A stretch of DNA of 64,000 bases from an uncultured Rhodothermales bacterium (GTDB taxonomy: Bacteria > Bacteroidota > Rhodothermia > Rhodothermales > VXPQ01). Shown piece after piece: positions 35,361 through 45,672 of the stretch. Within the stretch, counting starts at the first letter, position 1. Every line of letters begins with the position of its first letter. Made by a program: the position numbers and the translations under genes. The DNA is taken from assembly GCA_965651265.1 (NCBI GenBank), contig CBFGRV010000005.1, positions 7,708 to 71,707 of the forward strand, given 5' to 3'. The notes beneath the pieces were generated by a model. It was not told where the DNA came from. It made no database searches and saw nothing but the letters and a program-made list of their open reading frames with translations.

Positions 35361-37814
35361 CTATCGACGCACGATGAACGACTGCGCGATCGTTCCCTGC
35401 GGCGAGGTCACTCTCACGAAATAGACGCCGTTCGGTATGTCCGATGCCTCGATGTCGACATCGTAGCGGCCGGGCGCTCGCTCATCATCAAGAAGAGTTC
35501 CTAGACGCCGGCCGAGAATATCAAACAGCTCGACCTTCAGGTGGGCGGATCGGTCGAGTGTGAGCGGGATCGATGCCCGATCGGTAACGGGATGGGGGTG
35601 GGCCTGGCCAAGCCGGACGTGCAAAGGAAGCGCATCGGGTGGATCTACGGCCACGGATCCGCCTTGCGCACCCACATAGGAGATGCGCGATAGCCTCGAG
35701 TCGCTGCTGCCCCCGCCGAAAGTGGATCCCCATTCCAACATGTAGATGGCTCCATCCGGCCCGATTTCCATATCCATCGGCCGGATGAAGGTGAGGGAGG
35801 GCAGGAAAGGGTTGATTTTCAGCACGCTGCCGTCCTCATCGAGCTTGACCTCCTTCACCCAGCGCCGGCTCCACTCGTAGATGAAGACGGTGTCATCATA
35901 ATAGGAGGGCAGTTTTCGACCGGAGTCGAGCGATGCGTCGAAGTGATAGACTGGCCCGGCCATGGCCGTACGCGAGCCGGCTCCGAACTCGGGGAACTCT
36001 GCCGAAACGGGATAGGGATACCAGATCCAGGCCGGCTGAGGAGGTGGGAGCTGTTCGGCGCCGGTGTTGTTCGGAGAGTCGTTCGTCGGCCCGTTTAAAC
36101 AATCAAAGAGATCGCCGGAGATGCCCGAGGCGAAATCATAATCCCGATATGGCTTGTTGTCGCCAATACAGAATGGCCAACCGAAATATCCGGCTGTGCG
36201 CGCCTGATTGAATTCGTCATATCCGCGCGGTCCCCGGCTGGCATCGTCCGCGTTGGCATCGGGCCCGACATCTCCCCAGTATAGCCATCCTGATTTCTTG
36301 TCGATGGAGATGCGAAATGGGTTACGCAGTCCCATCGCATAGATCTCCGGCAACCCGTCCTCGGGATTGGAAAACAGGTTGCCATCGGGTATGTCGTAGG
36401 ACCCGTCAGGTGTCGGCGTGATGCGCAGGATTTTTCCCCGCAGGTCGTTTGTGTTACCCGAGGTCCGCTGGGCATCCCATGCTGATCGACCGTTCCTCTC
36501 GTCTATGGGGGCAAATCCTTCGGATTCGAATGGATTCGTGTTGTCCCCCAGGGACGCGTAGAGATTCCCGTCGGGCCCGAAGGCCAGGGAGCCCCCACTG
36601 TGGCAGCACTGTATCCGTTGAGTGGGGATTTCGAGCAGCACCTTCTCGCTGGCCAGGTCGAGCTCGGTGCCGTTCAACGAAAATCGGGAGATTCGCTGCT
36701 TGGCCTCCTGCCCAGCGGGCGAGTAAAAGAGGTAGATCCAGCCGTTCTCCTCAAAAGCAGGATCGTGGGTGACGCCCAGCAAGCCATCCTCGTGACCGGT
36801 ATGCACATTGAGGTTGCCGGCAGGGGTCGTCGCCCCGACATCGGGATCGTACAGCTTGACGGCGCCGGCGCGCTGGACGTAGAGCACGCGTCCGTCCGGC
36901 AGGACGGTGAGCTCCATCGGGTCGAGTGTGTCGTCATCGAGGATCGTGCGCTCGAAGCTCTGATCCAGCGTCGCGGAGCAATCGCCCTCGACAGCGCCCA
37001 TCGCCCAGAGGATTCCGCCGAGGACGTGATCCTGAAACGGCGGCTCGTCATAGCTTTCTTTGGTGTGCCCCAAACCCGTGTACCAGGATCGCCCTTCGTC
37101 GACGGGCCGACACCAGGAGATCGGGTGATCGTACCCGAGGCTCCCGCCGGTGTAAGAATCCTCGTCGAGCGTGAGAAGGACGTGTACGGCCCCGCGAGGG
37201 TTCTGCTGGTAGTTATACCACTCGTCGCGGCGTTCCCATCTGAGCGGCAGGTGCGACGTGGATGGATGAACTCGATCGTTCACAACCACCACCGCATCCT
37301 GGATGGCTGGATGGGAGGCGAAGTAGGCGCCGACGAGCTCACCGTACCATGGCCAGTCGTATTCGGTGTCGGCCGCGGAATGGATGCCGACGAAACCGCC
37401 GCCCTCCTGGATGTATTTCTCGAATGCGTCCTGTTGGTCGGCGTCTAAAATGTCGCCAGTGGTCGACAGGAATACGACCGCATCGTAGCCGGCTAGTGTC
37501 GCCTCATTGAAGACGCTTGCATCTTCTGTGTGGTCGACGCCGAAACCGTGTGTATCCCCGAGCCCCTCGATCATCGCGACGCCATCCTCGATGGAGTCGT
37601 GTCGGAATCCCGCGGTCTTCGAGAACACCAGCACGGACGACTCCTGTGCGAGCGTCGAGCCTGTTGATGCCGCGGAAAGCAAGAAGACGGCGAGTATCAT
37701 CCCCGCTGCGGTTACGCTGCGCGCATTCGGCGCCGATTCTACTCGACGTACCGCCTGCAACATTACGTCAAACCTGTGGCCCTTCTGCGCGTTCGTAAAA
37801 TCTGGCCAAGACAT
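35361..37814 (-). CDS. Secreted fusion protein: ThuA-like domain + PQQ-dependent soluble sugar (glucose/sorbosone) dehydrogenase beta-propeller + T9SS (Por) C-terminal sorting domain
   Basis: ThuA-like [31 protein letters not shown]. Propeller segments follow. The C-terminal ~80 aa ([44 protein letters not shown]) is a typical Por_Secre_tail. Confidence 0.75.
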   Translation of the reverse strand: MSWPDFTNAQKGHRFDVMLQAVRRVESAPNARSVTAAGMILAVFLLSAASTGSTLAQESSVLVFSKTAGFRHDSIEDGVAMIEGLGDTHGFGVDHTEDASVFNEATLAGYDAVVFLSTTGDILDADQQDAFEKYIQEGGGFVGIHSAADTEYDWPWYGELVGAYFASHPAIQDAVVVVNDRVHPSTSHLPLRWERRDEWYNYQQNPRGAVHVLLTLDEDSYTGGSLGYDHPISWCRPVDEGRSWYTGLGHTKESYDEPPFQDHVLGGILWAMGAVEGDCSATLDQSFERTILDDDTLDPMELTVLPDGRVLYVQRAGAVKLYDPDVGATTPAGNLNVHTGHEDGLLGVTHDPAFEENGWIYLFYSPAGQEAKQRISRFSLNGTELDLASEKVLLEIPTQRIQCCHSGGSLAFGPDGNLYASLGDNTNPFESEGFAPIDERNGRSAWDAQRTSGNTNDLRGKILRITPTPDGSYDIPDGNLFSNPEDGLPEIYAMGLRNPFRISIDKKSGWLYWGDVGPDANADDASRGPRGYDEFNQARTAGYFGWPFCIGDNKPYRDYDFASGISGDLFDCLNGPTNDSPNNTGAEQLPPPQPAWIWYPYPVSAEFPEFGAGSRTAMAGPVYHFDASLDSGRKLPSYYDDTVFIYEWSRRWVKEVKLDEDGSVLKINPFLPSLTFIRPMDMEIGPDGAIYMLEWGSTFGGGSSDSRLSRISYVGAQGGSVAVDPPDALPLHVRLGQAHPHPVTDRASIPLTLDRSAHLKVELFDILGRRLGTLLDDERAPGRYDVDIEASDIPNGVYFVRVTSPQGTIAQSFIVRR

Positions 37815-37817
37815 TTT

Positions 37818-37879
37818 TTCGATGGAATCTGGACGTGCACTTGAAGAGGTGCGTGGGACGCCTCCTTTTGATGGAATCT
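37818..37879. repeat. 13-nt direct repeat TT(C/T)GATGGAATCT, two copies 49 nt apart in the divergent region; the second copy contains the icmF ATG
   Basis: ttcgatggaatct at 37818-37830 and tttgatggaatct at 37867-37879, read directly. Confidence 0.7.
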
Positions 37880-40800
37880 AAGCGATACACGCCTCAACAC
37901 CCTATTCGCTTCGTCACGGCGGCTTCGCTGTTCGACGGACATGACGCCGCCATCAACATTATTCGCCGAATTCTCCAGGCGAGCGGTGCCGAAGTGATCC
38001 ACCTTGGCCACAACCGCTCTGTGCAGGATGTGGTCGAAACGGCCATCGAGGAAGACGCGCAGGGAATCGCGGTGTCCTCGTACCAGGGCGGCCACATGGA
38101 GTACTTCAAGTATATGTATGATTTGCTCCAGGAGCGCGGGGCGGGGCACGTCAAGATATTTGGTGGAGGGGGTGGGGTGATCGTCCCCGAGGAAATCACC
38201 GAACTCGAGGCGTACGGCATCGCAAAGATCTTTCATCCCGAGCATGGGATGGCCATGGGCCTTCAGGGGATGGTCGATTACATGCTCGAGCAGACGGACT
38301 TTGAAACCCCGCGGCAGCAGGACGGGGCCCACACGCCGCCTCGGGATCCGGCTCGGATCGCCCGCATGCTCAGCGAAGTCGAATCACGGCGGCTCCAGGA
38401 GGCGGCCGTTCCAGCCGGTGACGTGCCTGAATTCGCTCACTCCATTTTCGAGGCGCAGGCCGAACGACGTTCCGCCGCACCGACCATCGGCATCACGGGC
38501 ACCGGCGGCGCGGGCAAGTCCACGCTGACCGATGAGATCGTTCGCCGCTTCCTGAACGACTTCGACGACCTCGAAGTCGCCATCCTCTCCGTCGATCCAA
38601 CCCGACGCCGCACTGGAGGTGCACTTCTTGGAGATCGCATCCGAATGAACGCCATCTACGGGCGTCATGCGGAGAGGGTATACATGCGCTCTTTTGCGAC
38701 TCGCCAGGCCCACAGGTCGACGTCACAGGCGCTGCGCGATGCCGTCGAGATCTGCCGCGCCGCCGGCTACGATCTCATTCTCCTGGAAACCGCAGGGATT
38801 GGGCAGAGCGACACGGAGATCGTCGATCTCGCCGATGTCTCCGTGTACGTCATGACGCACGACTTCGGGGCGCCCAGCCAGCTCGAAAAAATTGGAATGC
38901 TGGACCTCGCCGATTTCGTCATCCTCAACAAGTTCGAGAAGCGCGGCAGCTCCGATGCATTACGCGACATCCGCAAGCAGGTCCAACGCAATCGGGGCCT
39001 CTTCGATAGGGACCCGGAATCGATGCCGGTCTACCCTACGATGGCCTCCCGCTTCGACGATCCCGGTGTCTCGCGCTTTTATCTAGCTCTGCTCGATCAT
39101 CTTCGAGAGCACTACAATTTCGACCGCATCTCCCCGACGTACCGTGCCGAGGAGCTTCCCGAAGTGGATCCTCGGGAGTTGGCGATCATCCCACCAGGCC
39201 GGCAACGGTATCTCGGAGAGGTGGCGGAATCGTGTCGGCGCTATCGGGAATGGGCGGAAAAGCAGGTGGAAATCGCCCGGAAGTGGGGCCAGGCGGCCGG
39301 AGCTCTCGAGCAGGTTCAGGAATGGGATCCCGAGGATCGAGAGGTGCTTGTGGATCGCCTCGAACAGATGAAGTCCCACTGGTGGCAGCAGCTCGATATC
39401 CGATCCAGGCGGATCCTCGAAAGATGGGACGACGAGACCGCTCGCTACTCGGGAGACAGCTTCACGTATACCGTTCGAGGCCGGGAGATCGAGGTCGATA
39501 TTGCCGACGAGTCCCTTTCCGGCACCCGAATTCCGCGCGTTGCGCTGCCGAAGACGAAGGATCCGGGGGAGCGTCTTCGCTTCGCGCTGCTCGAGAACCT
39601 TCCGGGCTACTTCCCCTACACGGCCGGGGTGTTTCCATTTAAGCGCCGCAATGAGGATCCAACGCGAATGTTTGCGGGCGAAGGGTCCCCGGAGCGCACG
39701 AACCGCCGTTTTCATCTGGTTTCGGAGGGAATGCCGGCCAAGCGACTCTCGACGGCCTTCGATTCAGTCACGCTCTACGGCTACGATCCCGACGAGCGGC
39801 CCGACATATACGGCAAGGTCGGGAATGCCGGCGTGTCGATCTGTACGCTCGACGACATGAAGAAGCTCTACTCGGGCTTCAATCTATGCGACCCGTCCAC
39901 GAGCGTCTCGATGACGATCAACGGACCCGCCCCGATGATCCTGGCCATGTTCATGAACACGGCGATCGATCAGCAGATCGAGTTTTACCTCAAGGAGCAG
40001 GGGAGATGGGAGGATGCGGAGCGAGTGATTGCCGAGCGTCTCGGCGAGGATCGGCCGCGCTACGAGCCGTACGGACCCAACGGCGCCATGGATGAGCTGC
40101 CGCCTACGCACGACGGCTCCGGCCTCGGGCTTCTCGGCACCAGTGGCTCCGAGCTGGTCGAGTGGGGCATCCTGTCCCAAGACGAGTACGCGCGCATCGC
40201 CGCCCACGCCATCCATGTAGTCAGGGGCACCGTCCAGGCCGACATCCTGAAGGAAGACCAGGCCCAGAACACCTGCATCTTCTCGACGGAGTTCGCGCTC
40301 CGCCTGATGGGAGATGTCCAGCAGTATTTCGTCGACCACGACGTCCGCAACTTCTACTCGGTCTCCATATCGGGCTACCACATCGCGGAGGCCGGCGCCA
40401 ATCCGATCACGCAGTTGGCCTTCACGTTGGCCAACGGCTTCACATACGTGGAGTACTACCTCGGGCGTGGCATGCACGTCGATGCATTTGCGCCTAACCT
40501 CTCGTTCTTCTTCTCGAACGGGATGGATCCGGAATACAGCGTGATCGGCCGGGTCGCGCGCCGCATCTGGGCCGTGGCGATGAAAGAAAAGTACGGCGCC
40601 AATGAGCGGAGCCAGAAGCTCAAGTACCACATCCAGACCTCCGGCCGTAGCCTGCACGCGAAGGAGATGCAATTCAACGACATCCGCACGACGCTGCAGG
40701 CGCTGATGGCCGTGTACGACAACTGCAACTCGCTCCACACCAACGCCTACGACGAGGCGGTGACAACGCCCACGGAGGAAAGCGTCCGCCGCGCCATTGC

Positions 40801-41326
40801 GATCCAGCTCATCATCGCACGTGAGCTGGGTCTCGCCAAGAACGAAAATCCGCTGCAGGGTGCCTTCATCATCGAGGAGCTGACCGATCTGGTCGAGGAG
40901 GCCGTGCTATCGGAATTCGAGCGGCTCAACGACCGAGGTGGGGTTCTTGGTGCGATGGAGTCCATGTACCAGCGCGGCAAGATTCAATCCGAGTCGATGG
41001 TTTATGAGCGCAAGAAGCATAGCGGAGAGCTGCCCGTGATCGGCGTGAACGTCTTCACGGCGCGCAACGGCGAGGCCGACGAGGAAGGCACGGTCGAGCT
41101 GATGCGCTCATCGGAAGATGAGAAGCAGCATCAACTCCGTCATCTGCACGAGTTTCAGCGACGAAATGCGGAACGGTCCGAGCAGGCTCTGGATCGACTC
41201 AAGAAGGTGGCACGATCAGGTGGAAACGTATTCGCTGAGCTCCTCGAGACCGTCAAAGTTTGCTCGCTCGGACAGATCACACGCGCCCTTTTCGATGTGG
41301 GTGGCGAATACCGTCGCAACATGTAG
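37871..41326 (+). CDS. icmF: Fused isobutyryl-CoA mutase (B12-binding domain + MeaB-like G-protein chaperone + mutase substrate domain)
   Basis: N-terminal B12-binding DxHD-type motif ([13 protein letters not shown]). P-loop GTGGAGKST with NKFE G4 motif. Large C-terminal methylmalonyl-CoA-mutase-like TIM barrel. About 1150 aa, matching the IcmF architecture. Confidence 0.85.
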   Translation: MESKRYTPQHPIRFVTAASLFDGHDAAINIIRRILQASGAEVIHLGHNRSVQDVVETAIEEDAQGIAVSSYQGGHMEYFKYMYDLLQERGAGHVKIFGGGGGVIVPEEITELEAYGIAKIFHPEHGMAMGLQGMVDYMLEQTDFETPRQQDGAHTPPRDPARIARMLSEVESRRLQEAAVPAGDVPEFAHSIFEAQAERRSAAPTIGITGTGGAGKSTLTDEIVRRFLNDFDDLEVAILSVDPTRRRTGGALLGDRIRMNAIYGRHAERVYMRSFATRQAHRSTSQALRDAVEICRAAGYDLILLETAGIGQSDTEIVDLADVSVYVMTHDFGAPSQLEKIGMLDLADFVILNKFEKRGSSDALRDIRKQVQRNRGLFDRDPESMPVYPTMASRFDDPGVSRFYLALLDHLREHYNFDRISPTYRAEELPEVDPRELAIIPPGRQRYLGEVAESCRRYREWAEKQVEIARKWGQAAGALEQVQEWDPEDREVLVDRLEQMKSHWWQQLDIRSRRILERWDDETARYSGDSFTYTVRGREIEVDIADESLSGTRIPRVALPKTKDPGERLRFALLENLPGYFPYTAGVFPFKRRNEDPTRMFAGEGSPERTNRRFHLVSEGMPAKRLSTAFDSVTLYGYDPDERPDIYGKVGNAGVSICTLDDMKKLYSGFNLCDPSTSVSMTINGPAPMILAMFMNTAIDQQIEFYLKEQGRWEDAERVIAERLGEDRPRYEPYGPNGAMDELPPTHDGSGLGLLGTSGSELVEWGILSQDEYARIAAHAIHVVRGTVQADILKEDQAQNTCIFSTEFALRLMGDVQQYFVDHDVRNFYSVSISGYHIAEAGANPITQLAFTLANGFTYVEYYLGRGMHVDAFAPNLSFFFSNGMDPEYSVIGRVARRIWAVAMKEKYGANERSQKLKYHIQTSGRSLHAKEMQFNDIRTTLQALMAVYDNCNSLHTNAYDEAVTTPTEESVRRAIAIQLIIARELGLAKNENPLQGAFIIEELTDLVEEAVLSEFERLNDRGGVLGAMESMYQRGKIQSESMVYERKKHSGELPVIGVNVFTARNGEADEEGTVELMRSSEDEKQHQLRHLHEFQRRNAERSEQALDRLKKVARSGGNVFAELLETVKVCSLGQITRALFDVGGEYRRNM

Positions 41327-41338
41327 ACGAAGAAAGGG

Positions 41339-41749
41339 ATGAAAACGAAGGCCACGGACAGCTCCGTAGAGCGATTCATCGACGCGATCGAAGACGCCGG
41401 ACAACGGGAAGACTGCAAAACGCTGACGGACATGATGCAACGCGTCACCGGGGCATCGCCGAAAATGTGGGGCGATGCGATCGTAGGGTTCGGAGATTTT
41501 CGTTACCGATACGAGAGCGGGCGGGAGGGCGACTGGTTTCTGACCGGATTCTCTCCGCGAAAGGGAAAAATCTCCATCTACACGATGACCGGTTTCGATC
41601 GGTATCCCGATCTCATGGAGCGCCTCGGAAAGTACAAGGTCGGCAAGTCGTGCCTCTACATTAGACGGCTGGACGACGTCGATCTGGGCGTTCTCGAAGA
41701 GCTCGCGGGCCGATCCGTCAAGGAAACCGCGGAGCGATACTCTACGTGA
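41339..41749 (+). CDS. DUF1801 (YdhG-like) domain protein
   Basis: 136 aa. VERFIDAIED..KTLTDMMQRVTGASPKMWGDAIVGFGDFRYRYESGREGDWFLTGFSPRKGKISIY is typical of DUF1801. Confidence 0.7.
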   Translation: MKTKATDSSVERFIDAIEDAGQREDCKTLTDMMQRVTGASPKMWGDAIVGFGDFRYRYESGREGDWFLTGFSPRKGKISIYTMTGFDRYPDLMERLGKYKVGKSCLYIRRLDDVDLGVLEELAGRSVKETAERYST

Positions 41750-42945
41750 TCGAGCTGTCGACGGAGCCCGGTCTTCTGATTTTCGGCCCGGGGTGGATGA
41801 GAGCGCGCCGTCCCGCCGTCTTACTGCGCGATCCGGTTGAGATCCTCCGGTGCGACCGCGTTCCGGACGTCATGCCTGCGCTGGAAGAGGCGGCTGCGAG
41901 GGCACGTTCCGGGATGATCGTGGCCGGGTTCGTGACGTACGAGGCCGCCCCGGCGTTCGATTCGGCGCACGTCACGCATGCATCCGACGGCCCGCTGGTG
42001 TGGTTCGGCGTATACGACCCAGGAAGCGTCGTCATCTCGCGAAAACTAGCGCCACCGAGCGAACCCTCCGGGGTAGCCCTTCGAAACACCCGCTTTCGCT
42101 TGACGAGGGACGAATACGCAAAGGCTTTTGGATGCATCCAGCAGGCCATCTACGAAGGGGATGTCTACCAGATCAACTACACGTCCCCGTTGACCTTTGA
42201 ATTTGTTGGAAGCCCGCTTTCCCTCTGGCACCACCTTTTCCATCGTCAACCGGTTGAGTTCGGGGCCTACATCGATACGGGAGACCGCCAGATCCTGAGC
42301 TGCTCGCCGGAGCTGTTTTTTGAACTCTCCGGTCGGAGCGTCCTTACCCGGCCGATGAAGGGCACGATACGCCGGGGGCACACCGAGGTTGAAGACGACG
42401 TCCTTGCCACCCGCCTGGCCACCGATGCCAAGGCGCAGGCCGAGAACGTCATGATCGTGGATCTCCTCCGAAACGACCTGTCCCGATGCTGCGAGCAGGG
42501 CTCGGTGCGCGTGCCGGACCTGTTCCGGATCGAGCGCTATCGGACGCTGATCCAGATGACCTCCGAGATCGAAGGTCGATTGCGACCTGGGCTGGGTGTG
42601 CCCGATCTATTCCGCCAGCTCTTTCCCTGTGGGTCTGTTACGGGCGCTCCCAAGATCTCCGCAATGAAACAGATCGCCAAACTCGAATCCAGCCCGCGAG
42701 ACGTCTACTGCGGAGCAATCGGCTGGATGCACAACGATGAGGCCGCCTTCAATGTCGCGATCCGCACCTCCGTGGTCCGCGATGGGCACGGCGTCCTCGG
42801 AATCGGGAGCGGCATTGTAGCCGACTCGAAGGTCGACGACGAGTTCGATGAATGCCTGCTCAAGGCTCGGTTCTTGACCGACGGGATCGGAGAAGACGAT
42901 GCCATGGAGGAAACAATCGATGCCGGCGGGCGGAGGATCGTTTGA
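41746..42945 (+). CDS. pabB: Aminodeoxychorismate synthase component I (chorismate-binding enzyme)
   Basis: SPELFFEL..TRPMKGT, ENVMIVDLLRNDLSR, GSVTGAPKISAM and VYCGAIGW. GTGA overlap with the DUF1801 stop. Confidence 0.8.
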   Translation: MIELSTEPGLLIFGPGWMRARRPAVLLRDPVEILRCDRVPDVMPALEEAAARARSGMIVAGFVTYEAAPAFDSAHVTHASDGPLVWFGVYDPGSVVISRKLAPPSEPSGVALRNTRFRLTRDEYAKAFGCIQQAIYEGDVYQINYTSPLTFEFVGSPLSLWHHLFHRQPVEFGAYIDTGDRQILSCSPELFFELSGRSVLTRPMKGTIRRGHTEVEDDVLATRLATDAKAQAENVMIVDLLRNDLSRCCEQGSVRVPDLFRIERYRTLIQMTSEIEGRLRPGLGVPDLFRQLFPCGSVTGAPKISAMKQIAKLESSPRDVYCGAIGWMHNDEAAFNVAIRTSVVRDGHGVLGIGSGIVADSKVDDEFDECLLKARFLTDGIGEDDAMEETIDAGGRRIV

Positions 42946-43637
42946 TGGTTCGCCCCGCACGAGCCGAAGAGAACCACGACGACAGTGGCCCCGATGGGCT
43001 CATCGAGACGATGCGTGCCGAGGGGGGGCGCATTGCGCTGATCGAACTGCATGCCGCCCGGCTGCGTGCCTCGGCACGTGAGCTCGGATTCCGATTCGAT
43101 GAAGTGCGCTGGCGCACCACGGTCGAGAGCGTTGCGGAGGGGGCCGACATGCTTAAGGTGCGATCTTTGCTCCATCGCGACGGCACGATGGAAGTGTCGA
43201 CCGACCTTTTGGAACCCGAGAAGACCCTGTGGCGCGCCGTGCTCTCACCCTACCGCATAATGTCGGATGACAGGTACAGGCAGTACAAGACGACGCGCAG
43301 GCATCTCTACGACTCGGAGCGGCTCCGTATTTTGGCCCTTGGCTACGACGAGGTGATCTTTCTGAATGAGCTAGGGGAATGCGCAGAGGGATCCCGGACC
43401 AATATCATCTTGGTGAAAGACGGGAAGTGGATCACGCCGCCTACAGCGGCCGGTGCATTGCCCGGGGTGTTTCGCCGGCACCTCATAGAGACTCAAGGCC
43501 TTAAGGAAGGTCGCGTTACTCCACGTGATTTCGAAACGGCTGCAGCAGTTTACTTATGTAATGCAGTGCGCGGGTTGATCCGGGCCGAAATTTCGGTTGC
43601 ACCGGAACAGCCTGAAGAAGATGTTAGGTCCACATGA
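42945..43637 (+). CDS. pabC: Aminodeoxychorismate lyase / class IV aminotransferase-fold protein
   Basis: YKTTRR (catalytic Lys context), ECAEGSRTNIILVKDGKWITPP and GALPGVFRR. Its ATG overlaps the pabB TGA. Confidence 0.7.
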   Translation: MVRPARAEENHDDSGPDGLIETMRAEGGRIALIELHAARLRASARELGFRFDEVRWRTTVESVAEGADMLKVRSLLHRDGTMEVSTDLLEPEKTLWRAVLSPYRIMSDDRYRQYKTTRRHLYDSERLRILALGYDEVIFLNELGECAEGSRTNIILVKDGKWITPPTAAGALPGVFRRHLIETQGLKEGRVTPRDFETAAAVYLCNAVRGLIRAEISVAPEQPEEDVRST

Positions 43638-43657
43638 ATTGACCGGCCAAACCCTCG

Positions 43658-45598
43658 ATGCCCTCATCCACCATTGTTGAAAGAATATCGGCCCTCCTCG
43701 AGAAGACGGCGCCTTTCAGCGCCCTTCCGGAGGCGGAGCGGAAGGAGTTGCTGTCCGATGTGTCGATCGAGTACTTCGCTGCGGGCGAAGTGATCATCCA
43801 ACAGGGACAGACGACGCACACGGGTCTGTACGTGGTCGAATCGGGGCTCGTGCGCCTCATGGATGTCGCGCGACAACGACTCATCGAAAAGGCAGGGGAG
43901 GGCGACGATTTCGGATCGTTCGGCCTGATCAAGGGCGGCGCGGCCATCTACGAAGCGAAGGCCATCGAGCCTACGGTTTGCGCTCTCGTACGCGGCGATC
44001 GCTTCCAGCAGCTTTACGAGAAGTACGACGATTTCGCGGCCCATTACGACAGTGAGCTAAAACTCTACGTCCGGCGCCTGGGCACGCCGATGGATGTCAC
44101 CGGCGGTCACCTCTTGTTCAGCCGCAGCTTCAATCAATTCGCACATCGTCGACTCGTCACCTGCGAATCCGGTACGTCTGCACAGAAGGCGGCGGCACTC
44201 ATGCAGCAGGAGGGTGTCGATTCGCTCATCGTGATGCAAGGGGACAGGCTGCTCGGCATCCTCACGGATAGCGATCTGCGAAATGGCATCGTGGCGGCGG
44301 GCAAATCCGGCGATACGCCCGTGCGCAAGATCATGACGGCTCCGGCGTTGACCATTCCCAGCGATGCGACGCTCTACGAGGCCCTCACGATGATGCTGTC
44401 GCGACGCGTGCACCGCCTCGTGCTCGTCGACCCCAACGATCCCAATCGTCCTGTCGGGGTGGTGACGGATCGCGACATCTCGCACTTTCGAGCGCTCGAT
44501 CCGGTGGCCACGGCGGGTCGCATCGGGAACGCCTCCTCCATCGATGAGCTGACGTACATCCGGACGGCCACGAGTGAGCAGCTGTTGAATCTCTACCGCC
44601 AGGGGGCGAAGCCGGAGATCCTGAACCGGCTGATGATGGTCTTTTACGACCGGCTCGCCGTGCGCATCCTGGAGTTGGTCGAGAAGGAACTCCAGGAGGA
44701 GGAGCCGCGGTTGAGCCCGTCGTTGAGGTGGGCATGGATTCGACTGGGAAGCGGCGGCCGCGAGGAGATGGCCCTGAATTCGGAGCAGCACAATGCACTC
44801 GTCTACGAGGATCCGTCCACCGAGGAGGAGTCGAGCCAGGCCGAGAGATGGTTCAACCGTTTCGCCGAAAAGGTGAACGAAGGGCTCGAGCGTTGCGGAT
44901 TTCAACCAAGCGAGTACGTGGCGCGGGATCCTCGCTGGCGCCGGTCGCTCCGAGACTGGAAGATGTCGTACCGGGAGTGGGTCTTGCAATCGGATGAACG
45001 ATCGCTTGCTCCCACGCCTATTTTCTTCGACCTGCGCTGTGTCTATGGCGACGAGCGATTGGTGGATGAGATCAAGCAAGCCATCATCGACTCGCTCAAT
45101 GTGCAGGCCATGGACGAGGAGCGAGTTTTTCTGCGCCTGATGGCCGCACATGCGATGGAGCACCGGCCTCCCGTCGGGCTGTTGAGGAAGGTCCTCGACC
45201 GTGTGAGTGAAGGGCGCAATACCTTCGACGTGCACGAAGGGGGAATCCGACCCATCGCGGATGCGGCGCGGGTTCTAGCGCTCGAGATTCGGTACCTTGA
45301 GTCGACCAATACCTTCGATCGACTGCGCCGGGCGGCTCGCGAGCTGGAAGATCTCACCCGCACGCTCGATGAGGCACTCGACGCCTACCAGTATCTAGTT
45401 GACTTCAGGCTCGAGAGCCAGCTCAAGGCCGTTGAGGCGGGGGATCCTCCCGTCAATGAAATCGATACTCTAAGTAACAAGATGCAGCAGCGACTGCTCA
45501 AGAATGCTTTCGCGCATGCTGCCGACCTGCAGGATGCCCTCGCTCGTCGATACCAGCTCGGTCGGAAGTGGCTCTCACGCGAGCAGCTCGGCCTCTAG
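43658..45598 (+). CDS. Cyclic-nucleotide-binding + CBS-pair + DUF294-type nucleotidyltransferase signal-transduction protein
   Basis: cNMP-binding-like N-terminus, then tandem CBS (VDSLIVMQGDRLLGILTDSDLR; VHRLVLVD..PVGVVTDRDI). NTase core is RLGSGGREEMALNSEQHNALVYED, followed by a C-terminal DUF294_C-like helical region. Confidence 0.75.
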   Translation: MPSSTIVERISALLEKTAPFSALPEAERKELLSDVSIEYFAAGEVIIQQGQTTHTGLYVVESGLVRLMDVARQRLIEKAGEGDDFGSFGLIKGGAAIYEAKAIEPTVCALVRGDRFQQLYEKYDDFAAHYDSELKLYVRRLGTPMDVTGGHLLFSRSFNQFAHRRLVTCESGTSAQKAAALMQQEGVDSLIVMQGDRLLGILTDSDLRNGIVAAGKSGDTPVRKIMTAPALTIPSDATLYEALTMMLSRRVHRLVLVDPNDPNRPVGVVTDRDISHFRALDPVATAGRIGNASSIDELTYIRTATSEQLLNLYRQGAKPEILNRLMMVFYDRLAVRILELVEKELQEEEPRLSPSLRWAWIRLGSGGREEMALNSEQHNALVYEDPSTEEESSQAERWFNRFAEKVNEGLERCGFQPSEYVARDPRWRRSLRDWKMSYREWVLQSDERSLAPTPIFFDLRCVYGDERLVDEIKQAIIDSLNVQAMDEERVFLRLMAAHAMEHRPPVGLLRKVLDRVSEGRNTFDVHEGGIRPIADAARVLALEIRYLESTNTFDRLRRAARELEDLTRTLDEALDAYQYLVDFRLESQLKAVEAGDPPVNEIDTLSNKMQQRLLKNAFAHAADLQDALARRYQLGRKWLSREQLGL

Positions 45599-45624
45599 AT
45601 GTAAATCCGGCTCACCGCCGTCAA

Positions 45625-45654
45625 CCAGCAACCATTAATCAGCCACCAGCAACA
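45625..45654. repeat. 9-nt direct repeat ACCAGCAAC, two copies with 21-nt periodicity, just upstream of acs
   Basis: 45625-45633 and 45646-45654, read directly. Flanked by short palindromes TTAAT and GTTAAC. Confidence 0.6.
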
Positions 45655-45672
45655 AGTTAACCTATCGCAGCC

